Source: a virus
Length of the DNA stretch: 64,000 nt
Reading direction: 5' to 3' (one strand)
IMG/VR virus record: IMGVR_UViG_3300031784_000023
Coordinates: 7,254-71,253 of that record
Shown here: piece by piece, positions 9,708-18,875 of the stretch
Numbering within the stretch: position 1 is the first letter of the stretch
Layout: every line of letters starts with the position of its first letter
Translations under genes and position numbers: made by a program
Notes under the pieces: generated by a model
Told to the model about the DNA's origin: nothing
What the model saw: only the letters and a program-made list of their open reading frames with translations
Databases searched by the model: none

Positions 9708-10391
9708 ATGTGTAACTCAGTACTACTACTTATGTTCGGCCTGCTGGATGCCGAACCCCAGCCGCTCCCTGACGATCCGCCGGATCACACCGAACAACTC
9801 GACTACCTGCGCATCGAGCACCACGGCGGCGTGGTTGTTGCGACCTGCCAGTGCCGCCGGACGCCTCCGGTAGCCCTTCTGGCAAAGGACTTCGACCATC
9901 GCTGCCGACTAGCCAGCTCGTTCGCTTGCCCGGTCTGCACCGCCGAACTTAAGAACGCTTCGACGAGCTCGGCTTCGGACCGGTTCCAAGGCTGGATGCT
10001 CCAACATAAATATGTCATCGACCCGGCGGAACACCTGTATGCCTCAGTTCTGCCTAAACGGCTCGTCGACTCGACTGACGGCACTTTGATGCGTCCACGC
10101 CGCTTTATCTACGCCAGATTTTTCGGGGTGGACCTGGAAACCAAGGACAAAGTACTGATGAAATGCGGGGACGCGAATTGTTTGAACCCACACCACATGC
10201 ACCTTGCGACGAGTCCTGCTAAAAAGGTAAGCTCCGACATGCACCTTGACGTTCTGCGATGGGCCAAGCGCAAAATGACCAACAGAGCAATCCAGGAACT
10301 TATCGAGATGACTCACGGCCAAAATATTTCAGTGAGAACTATCTCCGCATTAAGAAACAAACCTCTGCAATCCGAAGCTATCGCGATCTAG
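9708..10391 (+). CDS. Zn-binding HNH/His-Cys-like nuclease-domain protein
   Basis: CQC, CPVC and CGDANCLNPHHM motifs. Confidence 0.55.
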   Translation: MCNSVLLLMFGLLDAEPQPLPDDPPDHTEQLDYLRIEHHGGVVVATCQCRRTPPVALLAKDFDHRCRLASSFACPVCTAELKNASTSSASDRFQGWMLQHKYVIDPAEHLYASVLPKRLVDSTDGTLMRPRRFIYARFFGVDLETKDKVLMKCGDANCLNPHHMHLATSPAKKVSSDMHLDVLRWAKRKMTNRAIQELIEMTHGQNISVRTISALRNKPLQSEAIAI

Positions 10392-10591
10392 TTGAGGTGT
10401 TAAAATCCGAGCAGCCGTTATCCGCTACAGAAATAGCCGAGGCTCTAGGTATGTCCAAAGTGGCAGCCCTTAGTCAGCTCAAACGATTGATGAATTTAAA
10501 TTTGATTTGTCAAATAAAGTTTGAGCATCACGTTTATTACTGTACAAACGGCAATTTCACCAATCTTATTGATACCTCACTCTTAGAATGA
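10259..10591 (+). CDS. Winged-helix DNA-binding protein (start uncertain)
   Basis: PLSATEIAEALGMSKVAALSQLKRL. Confidence 0.7.
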   Translation: MGQAQNDQQSNPGTYRDDSRPKYFSENYLRIKKQTSAIRSYRDLVEVLKSEQPLSATEIAEALGMSKVAALSQLKRLMNLNLICQIKFEHHVYYCTNGNFTNLIDTSLLE

Positions 10592-11004
10592 GTTTTTCTG
10601 ATACCCAGCAGAAGCCTTTTCTGTGGCGTTCTGAGTACATCGTAGAAAATCTGCCAAGTTGGATTTATACGGATAACGAAGAACCACGCTCTGAACCGGA
10701 GTGCAAGGCCAAAATCAGTTCTTTAGAGTACACAATCAAGGATATTGACCTTCAAATTGAGATCCGAGACCTAGAACTTAAAACAGGTAGCTCCCGCCAC
10801 GGCAGCGCTTTTGATCACGACAAATGGAAGACACAGGCATTGCGTGCAAAACAAACGCATATGTATCTTCTAAATGCTTACACATATTGGCTACTAATTA
10901 ATGAACGAAAAGAAGCTGTAACTATCTCTAAGCTAGATTCTGTTATCAAGCTTTTGATTGAAGAACCTAAAGACTTTGTAGCGCAGCTAGAAAAGCTTCT
11001 GTAA
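10588..11004 (+). CDS. Hypothetical protein
   Basis: ATGA-coupled ORF. Confidence 0.7.
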   Translation: MSFSDTQQKPFLWRSEYIVENLPSWIYTDNEEPRSEPECKAKISSLEYTIKDIDLQIEIRDLELKTGSSRHGSAFDHDKWKTQALRAKQTHMYLLNAYTYWLLINERKEAVTISKLDSVIKLLIEEPKDFVAQLEKLL

Positions 11005-11140
11005 AATAAAGTCTGCAGTAACGACAAGAAGGGTTCGTTTCTGCTACCGTCGGGGGTAGCGCTCGTTTTCACCCTTTCCGAGCGCTGGTAAGTGAAGGTC
11101 CCTGCCGAGCGCTCGGTGCGGACCCAGCCCCCTTCTACCT

Positions 11141-11473
11141 ATGTCCCAGAGTCACATCGTTGTTTCAGATTTAAATAAAATTCTTCGCAGCATTGACACT
11201 TCACTTCAAATCCTGGCCAACGCAAAATCTGGATCCGTAACCACGGCGTTCATAGCTAAACGAGCTCTCGCCGAAAGACTTGGAGTAGCTTCAATTAAAA
11301 TTGACAAGCTCATCCATCAAGGTATTGTCTCTGGTGGGAAATCCGGACTGGTCGAAGGACGGCATTACTGTAAGCTAGATCCAGACGAAAGCAACCCAAG
11401 TAACTATCTTTACGATAGCGCTAGAGTGCTAGCGGACGCTTGGAACAACTTCACGGGGTATACCGATGCCTGA
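11141..11473 (+). CDS. Putative excisionase-like DNA-binding protein
   Basis: LAERLGV...LVEGRHY...YLYD pattern. Confidence 0.5.
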   Translation: MSQSHIVVSDLNKILRSIDTSLQILANAKSGSVTTAFIAKRALAERLGVASIKIDKLIHQGIVSGGKSGLVEGRHYCKLDPDESNPSNYLYDSARVLADAWNNFTGYTDA

Positions 11474-11876
11474 TCTTAGTCAAGTCGCACAGCGTCTCAA
11501 GTACAATCTTTTTTCAGGGTCTGAAACAAAGAAGCGGATGGCGGCTAACGTCGCCCGAATGATTATTGGAGACATCACTACCCTCCACGACGAGTTCAAA
11601 ACCTATAAAGGAGAGGGCGCTCTCTTTTTTAACACTAGTAATGCCGAGGCGTCTCAATTTCTGACCGTCAAAGATATCCAGACCGACATGGCTTTGGCGG
11701 AAGAAATGCTTAACAACGACCTGGCTAAATTTTTCAAAAAGTTGATCAAGGTGATTGAGAAAGAAAAAGATGATCCTATTGTAGTTATGCTCGACATAAA
11801 CGGAATGAGCATACATGTGTTAGATAAAAATAAAATTGATGAAGTGCTTGAAGAGCAAGTAACAAGTGCCGATTAA
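11466..11876 (+). CDS. Hypothetical protein
   Basis: Coupled ORF in operon. Confidence 0.7.
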   Translation: MPDLSQVAQRLKYNLFSGSETKKRMAANVARMIIGDITTLHDEFKTYKGEGALFFNTSNAEASQFLTVKDIQTDMALAEEMLNNDLAKFFKKLIKVIEKEKDDPIVVMLDINGMSIHVLDKNKIDEVLEEQVTSAD

Positions 11877-12444
11877 TGCTGTTGATTTTGTTTCTCCTGT
11901 AGAGCTAATAGCGACCGTCACTGCGTTCTTTGACGGTGAGATTGATTTAGATCCAGCAAGTAGTCATAACGCAAACAAATTAATACACGCAAATCGTTAT
12001 TTTTGTCCAGAGCATCAGGGATTGCGACAAATCTGGAAAGCAAAATCTGTGTATTTATATCCTCCACGGGATATTTTGACTGGGGCAGAACAACCGCCTG
12101 ACAGAAACCTATGGACAAAAAAGAAGCGGTTTGTTAAGTCCGCCCAGAGAGTTTGGATGGAGGAAATGTTCAGAAAATACACCTTAGGAGAATTTGAAGA
12201 AGGTATCTTGTTTTTGACGTCTACAGATGTCGCTTTGCTGGCCGCTCAGAAAATAGGATTGGATTTGCCCATGTGTATTTTGAAAGAACACCCTAAACTC
12301 AGAAACGACGATAAAGAGTTTACTAAAGTAAACACCAACAAAATTTATGGGTTTGTGTATTATTTTCCTTCGCCTTATAAAGCGGACAGAAAGATCTTAG
12401 AGTTCAGCGCGTTATTCAGTATTCTCGGGCGTGTGTATATTTGA
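11866..12444 (+). CDS. Phage N6-adenine DNA methyltransferase-like protein with atypical catalytic motif
   Basis: IDLDPAS...GLRQIW...VYLYPPR, where NPPY is expected. Confidence 0.7.
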   Translation: MPINAVDFVSPVELIATVTAFFDGEIDLDPASSHNANKLIHANRYFCPEHQGLRQIWKAKSVYLYPPRDILTGAEQPPDRNLWTKKKRFVKSAQRVWMEEMFRKYTLGEFEEGILFLTSTDVALLAAQKIGLDLPMCILKEHPKLRNDDKEFTKVNTNKIYGFVYYFPSPYKADRKILEFSALFSILGRVYI

Positions 12445-12709
12445 TCGGTTGACGGGTGTCGTAAGAATTATCAGGCCCGAATTTATCGTTCTCTCCGAAA
12501 CCTAATCCGACAGGCACACCGCGCATTTTCTTGCGTAAGTATTCGCGCGACAGACGTTGACCCCGTTCCTGCGGACTTTCGCTCCAAACAGTCCCGGCCA
12601 TGCGAATATCAGCACGCTGCCTGTAGCGGTAAAAGTGTTTAGCGAAAGGTGCCTCTGCGTGGAAGGCTACCTTCCGCTCGTGCTTGTTCGCAGATTCTCG
12701 CTTAGACAT
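12416..12709 (-). CDS. Hypothetical protein
   Basis: ORF track, coupled to upstream gene. Confidence 0.6.
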   Translation of the reverse strand: MSKRESANKHERKVAFHAEAPFAKHFYRYRQRADIRMAGTVWSESPQERGQRLSREYLRKKMRGVPVGLGFGENDKFGPDNSYDTRQPIKYTHAREY

Positions 12710-13199
12710 TCCAAGTGGTCAAACGCTTGACTTGGCCTTCGTTAATGTTTCCTTGCGCCAAGTCCATGGCCCTTGGGTCATACTGAAGGTTGAACGCAGG
12801 CTCTTTAGAAATCGCAGCAAAACGAGGCTGAACTTCGTCTAGCCCACGCTTGATGTACTGGTCATACATGTTGGCGCTCTTGACCAGAGTATCTTCAAAA
12901 CGCTGATGAGAGGGGCTACCAAGGACAGGATAATCTCCTTGATTTAGTTGAGTCTGGAACCGTTCTTGTTCTCCGGTCATAAACGGACCGAATTGATTTT
13001 GGATACGGCTGTAATAAGACGACGGGTCTTGTCCCTCACCTAAGAACCCAAGCATGTCAGCTTGAGTATCTCCTGCCATGCTTCTATATTTTCCCCCACG
13101 TTGTTGAAGATCTTTTGCGAGTCTTTTACCTTCCTTTACAGCTTGCTCAACCGATGACTGAGCTGCTTCTAAAGCTTGCTGCTGCGGATTAGCGCCCAT
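12702..13199 (-). CDS. Hypothetical Q-rich protein
   Basis: ORF track. Confidence 0.65.
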   Translation of the reverse strand: MGANPQQQALEAAQSSVEQAVKEGKRLAKDLQQRGGKYRSMAGDTQADMLGFLGEGQDPSSYYSRIQNQFGPFMTGEQERFQTQLNQGDYPVLGSPSHQRFEDTLVKSANMYDQYIKRGLDEVQPRFAAISKEPAFNLQYDPRAMDLAQGNINEGQVKRLTTWNV

Positions 13200-13231
13200 A
13201 ATCTTAAAAACCCTTTCTCAAGTATACCGAA

Positions 13232-14455
13232 TTAACCGATCAGCTTTAAGAGTTCCGGAGTTACTGGAATTTTTCCTTCCGGTAAACCTAAATGAATATG
13301 TTCATGATGACCGCCGACAGGATCGTATCCAGGGTGGAAAATCTGAGCACCAGGCAGAGCTTGCCTCAGTTGTTCGCCGAGCTGAACGGTTCTATTTTTC
13401 CAATCTCCTTCGCCCCAATCGGTAATATCTAAAGCACGACCTTGATAATGAAGAGAACCAGGGCTGTGCTTGCCCACGCGGCCAAACGCTGGGTTTTCGC
13501 CGATGCGCAATCCACCAGGACCGTACTTGCGCTGCAATGCTTTACCTAGTTCAACCGTGCTAATGAACTGAGCATTTGGGTCCACTGCGGAAGTAGCCGA
13601 AAAACCAGCCGAAGCCAGCTGAGAATTAATTAAACTTTCTTGAGCCGCTTGACTTTTATCATAAGCTTTCTGACTCATCTTGGCTCCTAAAATATCCATG
13701 ATTAACTTAGAAGGATCATTGCCTCCTGGTGCTCCTCCTAAAAACATAACCTCATTTGCTTTGTACTGATACTGCTCGGCAAGTGCTCTGCCTTCTTCTC
13801 CATATTTATCGGGGTCTGCTTTTATAGCTTCCGCCGCTTGTAAATAAACTTGCGCTTTTTGAGTATCTCCTCCTGTTGGTTGCGCCGCTCCGGATAAAGC
13901 ATATTGAGTAACAATATTTTTTAAAGCGCCTTGAAAATCATATCTAGGCAGACTTACCGGAGTAACTCCGGCTGCTTGATTTACCTGATAAGGAATGCCG
14001 CCACTGGGTTTCTGCAAAAAACCCTGCAACTCACCCAAAGATTTAACGGGCTGACCGTAAAAACTTTTACCCTGCAGCGTGGGCAAACTAGCCCATTCAG
14101 GAGCAAGCTTAGCGATCGTTTGCGGAGTAATCGGATCTTTCGTAGGGTCGACCCCACGTTGCTTCATCAAATAAATCGCCGCAAGATCTTGCTCTTGCGG
14201 ACCAAATCCCTGTAGCCCTAGGGCTTTTTGTGCTCCGGCATAAGTACCGGGCATAAATTGATAACGCCCCGCCGCAGCACTACCTTTCGGAAAACCCTTA
14301 GTGCTTACAACAACATCGGGATGTCTAGAAAAATCTTGAAAGCGACCTCCGCCAAACATAACGTCATATCCGCCACCGCGACGAGCACTATCCGTACCTT
14401 CGGCGTACGCGATCAGATCAAGCCACTGTCGGGTCAGCGGGTTATCTAACGCCAT
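13232..14455 (-). CDS. Virion-associated lysin: lambda-R-type lytic transglycosylase plus C-terminal LAS/M15-like Zn peptidase
   Basis: LIAYAEGT...AAGRYQF...EWASLP; SLHYQGRALDI...HEHIH. Confidence 0.85.
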   Translation of the reverse strand: MALDNPLTRQWLDLIAYAEGTDSARRGGGYDVMFGGGRFQDFSRHPDVVVSTKGFPKGSAAAGRYQFMPGTYAGAQKALGLQGFGPQEQDLAAIYLMKQRGVDPTKDPITPQTIAKLAPEWASLPTLQGKSFYGQPVKSLGELQGFLQKPSGGIPYQVNQAAGVTPVSLPRYDFQGALKNIVTQYALSGAAQPTGGDTQKAQVYLQAAEAIKADPDKYGEEGRALAEQYQYKANEVMFLGGAPGGNDPSKLIMDILGAKMSQKAYDKSQAAQESLINSQLASAGFSATSAVDPNAQFISTVELGKALQRKYGPGGLRIGENPAFGRVGKHSPGSLHYQGRALDITDWGEGDWKNRTVQLGEQLRQALPGAQIFHPGYDPVGGHHEHIHLGLPEGKIPVTPELLKLIG

Positions 14456-14473
14456 CTGTCTGCTATTTATTCA

Positions 14474-14704
14474 TCATTCTACCGAATCTTCAGAATCATC
14501 GAACATCTGTACATTAGTTTCTACAGTGACTCCTATTTGATTCATAACTGTTTTATACGCTCTTTCTTTACACATTAATTTTAAAATCATGACCCAAAAA
14601 AACTGATCTCGGTCACTTCGATTATTTAAAGATTTAGCTTTGGCTCGGATCCTGGTTAGCACAAATTCATCTTCCAGCGTCAGTCCGCAATGAAGATTTT
14701 GCAT
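14474..14704 (-). CDS. nblA: NblA-like phycobilisome degradation protein (start may lie further upstream)
   Basis: LTLEDEFVL...LMCKERAYKTVM fits the NblA LSLEQ.F...M..+E..Y..L two-helix pattern; 76 aa. Confidence 0.5.
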   Translation of the reverse strand: MQNLHCGLTLEDEFVLTRIRAKAKSLNNRSDRDQFFWVMILKLMCKERAYKTVMNQIGVTVETNVQMFDDSEDSVE

Positions 14705-14899
14705 TCCTCCATCGAAATTTGCGGTAGCCACGGGCGGAACCCACTCTCTGCTTATCCTACACCGAATCATTAACGTACGTCTCAAGGGATTAAGTGCTTT
14801 CTATAATCATTATAAAATCAAGGTTAAGGCCGGCTCCCGACCTTTACAAAGCGCAAGAACCTCGTTATCATTACTGAGCCATCCTCATTCACACGGCAG

Positions 14900-15169
14900 A
14901 TGTTTGAAGGTAAGACTCTCCTGACGATTGCTGAGACTGCAGAGTTCCTCAACTGTTCCAGCGGCTTCGTGCGCAAGCGCATTGCACTGACCGAATCCAA
15001 TAACCCTGGCGGCTGGCCCAAGGACATCTATGTAAACCTGCAGCCTTCCGGCGCTAAGTCTCTGTATCGCATCAACAAAGATGCTCTCCAGAGCTATCTG
15101 AACGGTGCTGATTCGTCGGCTAAAGTGGAAGACGACGCAGATGAAACCGCAGTAGCAGCGGCTTTTTGA
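14900..15169 (+). CDS. Excisionase-like HTH protein
   Basis: LLTIAETAEFLNCSSGFVRK...YRINKDALQSYL. Confidence 0.75.
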   Translation: MFEGKTLLTIAETAEFLNCSSGFVRKRIALTESNNPGGWPKDIYVNLQPSGAKSLYRINKDALQSYLNGADSSAKVEDDADETAVAAAF

Positions 15170-15705
15170 CAATGACGTACACCGAGACATTTGCTTCGAC
15201 TCCGGCATCGGAATTGATGCCCACGGAAATTGAGGAGCGAATTGTCTCGGTTGAGCCAGAGCCCCAGCTTCAGGATCTTCTTCTGAACCTGGTGGCTCTG
15301 TCGTCATATGCGCACCAGTTATACATACAATCCCATCTTATTCACCTGAACGTCGAAGGACCGCTGTTCTTACCCATTCATAAATATTTAAAAAAACAGT
15401 ACGATCTTCACGTTGTTCATTTCGACAAATTAGCTGAGTTTGTCCGCACTATGGACACACTTATGCCGATGTGCCAAAAAGGCTTGCTAAACGCATATAA
15501 AGGTTTTAAGCACTGTAAGTCTTACGAAACTCGCGACATGTTAGTCACGTATTTGAGAAATTTAGAAGATTTTGGTATGCAAGCAAAAGATCTCGGCGAG
15601 ATGGCTCGGGTTGTTAAAGCTCCCGATGTAGAAAACTACGCGGCTCAGTTGGTAGAAGACTCCTTCAAAGCCGCGTGGTTCCTCAAAAGCACACTTCGGG
15701 GTTAA
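15166..15705 (+). CDS. dps: Dps/ferritin-like protein
   Basis: HLNVEGPLFLPIH...FDKLAEF...AWFL. Confidence 0.8.
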   Translation: MTMTYTETFASTPASELMPTEIEERIVSVEPEPQLQDLLLNLVALSSYAHQLYIQSHLIHLNVEGPLFLPIHKYLKKQYDLHVVHFDKLAEFVRTMDTLMPMCQKGLLNAYKGFKHCKSYETRDMLVTYLRNLEDFGMQAKDLGEMARVVKAPDVENYAAQLVEDSFKAAWFLKSTLRG

Positions 15706-16307
15706 ATCTGAACCCACTGACCGCCGACGTAGATATATAAACCAGAAGGTGCTGCAGCTTGGTACATAACAGTACCTTCAGGTGAACTGACAGGTAATCC
15801 AGTAGTCACAGGGACTCCCGAAGCTTCAATACATCCCGAAGAAAGAATTGCTGAGTAAGCGCCAGATGCTTCCACGCAGCCTGACGCGAGAATAGCACCT
15901 GACGCAAGAATAGTGCCAGAAGCAAGAATGCACCCTGATGCCAAAATACATCCGGATGCAATAACGGCGCCTGAAGCCAAAACAGCAACATCAGCGTAGG
16001 CAGAACCGATCGTTTGCCACGCTGCACCAGTCCAAACTTTCATGTAGTACTTAGTTGTACTACTATCAACCCAAGTTTCACCTACAGAATTACCAGCTAA
16101 TCCCAGGGGCGCTGCGTTAGGCGCTGTAGTTGCGTAATGATTAGGACCAACTTTACGAATGCTTCCTGCTGTATCTTGGAAGTAAACACCAGGATCAGAA
16201 GCTCCATAAGAAATAGCAAGGCGACCTTGTTGGGCAGCACTTGGATTTGGTCTATCTGATGCTTGCGACGACCGATTCGTCAGGATGATGTAGGGAGTAG
16301 AAGTCAT
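15702..16307 (-). CDS. Tail-fibre-like protein with hexapeptide xxASGx repeats
   Basis: VLASGAVIASGCILASGCILASGTILASGAILASGCVEASG. Confidence 0.7.
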   Translation of the reverse strand: MTSTPYIILTNRSSQASDRPNPSAAQQGRLAISYGASDPGVYFQDTAGSIRKVGPNHYATTAPNAAPLGLAGNSVGETWVDSSTTKYYMKVWTGAAWQTIGSAYADVAVLASGAVIASGCILASGCILASGTILASGAILASGCVEASGAYSAILSSGCIEASGVPVTTGLPVSSPEGTVMYQAAAPSGLYIYVGGQWVQI

Positions 16308-17827
16308 TAATACGTACCTCCGTTTAACGAAATGCCGATGGGCGGAATCTCTGTGCCGTTAGCATAGGTACCGCCGTCAATTATATTCACAGGCGTTAGA
16401 ACTGGAGCGCCGTTTCGGTACGTGCCTCCATCAAAAGTCTCAACAGCTTGCGGAGCATAGGGATCATATACAGAAACAGGCTCAAGAACGATATTATCAG
16501 GGTTTAAAGGCGCAGCCGAACCCAGCTCACCGACGTTTAGTATCTTAGCTACAACGTTATATGTATCTGGATATAACATCTGTTTAGGCATTTCCTCAAT
16601 CGAGGGACCATACCGACTCCACCATGTCAAATTCTTCTCTCGGGTGTAAAAGTCAGTCTGTTTTTTTAGATCCATTTCAAATTTTTCTCGATACCATTCG
16701 TTCATAGGCTCGTCATTAGGTTGCGGCAACCAAATTGTCGTAGCGGCGCTCTGCTGGTATTTATTCTTTAAATCCCACATCGCGGCGTAAATGTGCTTAC
16801 ACCATTTAGGTTGATAATAAAATAAGTTTGGATCAGAGTAAGATTCTTGCTGATAAGAAGGAATATTATATATCTGGTTAAGATAAATAAAACCAAAAGA
16901 ACGAGCGTAACCTGGATTATCCTGCGCGTCCACCACGCGGGGTGTTTGCTCGGGACCAGCGTCATAGAAACCGGGAGAAGTATTGAAGACACCCGTGTAC
17001 GGATAGCGCATCTTCAGAGACTTTTGATACAAGTCGAAAGACTCGCGCCCCAAAAAATCAGGACAGCTGCACTGTGAACGCATCTCTGTTGTCAAAAACT
17101 CGCCAGGGGCTGGAGGACCTGAAGCAGGTACTGTCATAGCGTTAGCGTCGACAACACTCCAGCTGTTTTGAGGAGAGTGAGATAAAAACAGAGTGTTGAA
17201 AGTCGGCGTAAAATCCGGATCTTTAGGTACGCCGTTAAAGCCCACGGCGACGACCGTGTAGTTATTGAACCCAAAAAGCTTGTCTACGCCGCCGGCTGTA
17301 AATCTATTAGATAGAACTTCGCCCTTAAAAAAGGATATAGGAGCACCAAAAGTAGATGTGAGCTTTACGGCGTAAGTCTGTGGATCGTAATTAGTTACCG
17401 AATCTATAGCGTATCCGTAGTCTTTAAAGTTAAAAGAATCTCTAGGTCGAATTCCGACCATCCACATTTTGGAGTCGGTCCTCGTTGTTGGGTATAAGAA
17501 ACTGAGCCCCGGAACGTAAACACCAGAACCGGGATCGTTACCCAAGTAGTATTTAAAACCGTACCCTAAACCGTCGTATGCCTGCTGCGCATACATAGAC
17601 AACTCATAACCACGGCGCCATCTAGTCCAGAGGGAAGCGTAGTTATAGTCGCTTAGAACACTGAAATCTTTAGTACCTACAGCGGGTCTAAAACGCCGAT
17701 GAAAAGGTTGCGGTCGACTTAATTCGGACGGTTTTTCAGCGCCGGAAATATCGGGAACAGATCGGATACCTGAGTTCGCGTTGAACTGACGAAACCCAAA
17801 GTTATCCGATCCTTTCCGACGTGACAT
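16307..17827 (-). CDS. Hypothetical protein with SWIM-type Zn finger
   Basis: CSCPDF ... WCKHIYA; C-terminal DGGTY repeats. Confidence 0.7.
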   Translation of the reverse strand: MSRRKGSDNFGFRQFNANSGIRSVPDISGAEKPSELSRPQPFHRRFRPAVGTKDFSVLSDYNYASLWTRWRRGYELSMYAQQAYDGLGYGFKYYLGNDPGSGVYVPGLSFLYPTTRTDSKMWMVGIRPRDSFNFKDYGYAIDSVTNYDPQTYAVKLTSTFGAPISFFKGEVLSNRFTAGGVDKLFGFNNYTVVAVGFNGVPKDPDFTPTFNTLFLSHSPQNSWSVVDANAMTVPASGPPAPGEFLTTEMRSQCSCPDFLGRESFDLYQKSLKMRYPYTGVFNTSPGFYDAGPEQTPRVVDAQDNPGYARSFGFIYLNQIYNIPSYQQESYSDPNLFYYQPKWCKHIYAAMWDLKNKYQQSAATTIWLPQPNDEPMNEWYREKFEMDLKKQTDFYTREKNLTWWSRYGPSIEEMPKQMLYPDTYNVVAKILNVGELGSAAPLNPDNIVLEPVSVYDPYAPQAVETFDGGTYRNGAPVLTPVNIIDGGTYANGTEIPPIGISLNGGTY

Positions 17828-17833
17828 ATCAGA

Positions 17834-18403
17834 TCAATAGAATCCGCCTTGAGCCAAGATAGTGATGCCCGAAGGACTGAGGCCGCCGGAGGCAGCTACA
17901 CCAGAAGCGCCGGCAGGACCCACGCCGATGTAACCGGCACACAGGATGTAGCCCTTTTCGAGGTACAAACCTTCGTTCTTGCCGATTTGAACAGGAGCGA
18001 TCAGGTTAGTATCACCAGTGCGAGGAACCGGCGCCATTACAGCAGGTAACTGAACACCCAGCGGGTAACCAAAAGTAGAACCGCTCAGTCCGACTTCAAA
18101 GCGTCCGACCATCAGAGCAGCTGACGTGGAAGGAGCCGACTGGTTAGGCATGTAGACGTACAGACCAATATCAGCCGTACGAATACCACTGTTGTCAGGG
18201 TAATCTTCGTTGCTGACAATGGTGATGTCCTCAACGAGAGCACCATCTTCAGACGGAAGATCGCCTACGCGCACTAACTGGATCAAGTCCCCCAGGGCGG
18301 GGTTAGTGGGATCACAAGTAGTAGTAGCGTTGGTGATACGCGCGCCCCGTAAAAAAGGACGATCTACAAGACAAGGTTGCTTGTTGGTGCTAGTAGAGGC
18401 CAT
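17834..18403 (-). CDS. Putative virion structural protein
   Basis: ORF in late operon. Confidence 0.65.
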   Translation of the reverse strand: MASTSTNKQPCLVDRPFLRGARITNATTTCDPTNPALGDLIQLVRVGDLPSEDGALVEDITIVSNEDYPDNSGIRTADIGLYVYMPNQSAPSTSAALMVGRFEVGLSGSTFGYPLGVQLPAVMAPVPRTGDTNLIAPVQIGKNEGLYLEKGYILCAGYIGVGPAGASGVAASGGLSPSGITILAQGGFY

Positions 18404-18424
18404 TGTGTGCGCTAGATGGGGTTA

Positions 18425-18865
18425 TCAGCCTAAACCCCGTAAAGGGTTATCGGTTTTAAGGGGCGCAGGCTTGACTAATGCCGACGCCAATAATGCAGAC
18501 GAATCTTCTTTAGACCCGCCAATACGCTCAAGAATCTTATTAAGCCGATCTTCGTCTTGCTGCTTAGCAATGTAGTCAGAGATCATGCGGGTAGCCATAC
18601 CTTGAGGAGCTGGCTCCATGCCTCGGATCCCTCGGATCATATTTCCGAGTCCTTCAAGCAAAATACTGCCGCCGATCCACGCGTTATTAAAGGGGCTATC
18701 TAATCCGCCAGGTTTAGCGGGGCTGGGACTGGTGGAAGGCGCCAACCCCTCGGCTACGGAAGAGAAGTCATTAACGCTATATGCCGGCGACTCAAATCCG
18801 CCGGCAATCGAGGTACCGAAGTCATACCCGCGTAGGGGTACAGAATTAGAAAAGTAGTCCGCCAT
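18425..18865 (-). CDS. Hypothetical protein (possible internal virion protein)
   Basis: ORF track. Confidence 0.6.
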   Translation of the reverse strand: MADYFSNSVPLRGYDFGTSIAGGFESPAYSVNDFSSVAEGLAPSTSPSPAKPGGLDSPFNNAWIGGSILLEGLGNMIRGIRGMEPAPQGMATRMISDYIAKQQDEDRLNKILERIGGSKEDSSALLASALVKPAPLKTDNPLRGLG

Positions 18866-18875
18866 GGATCAATCC

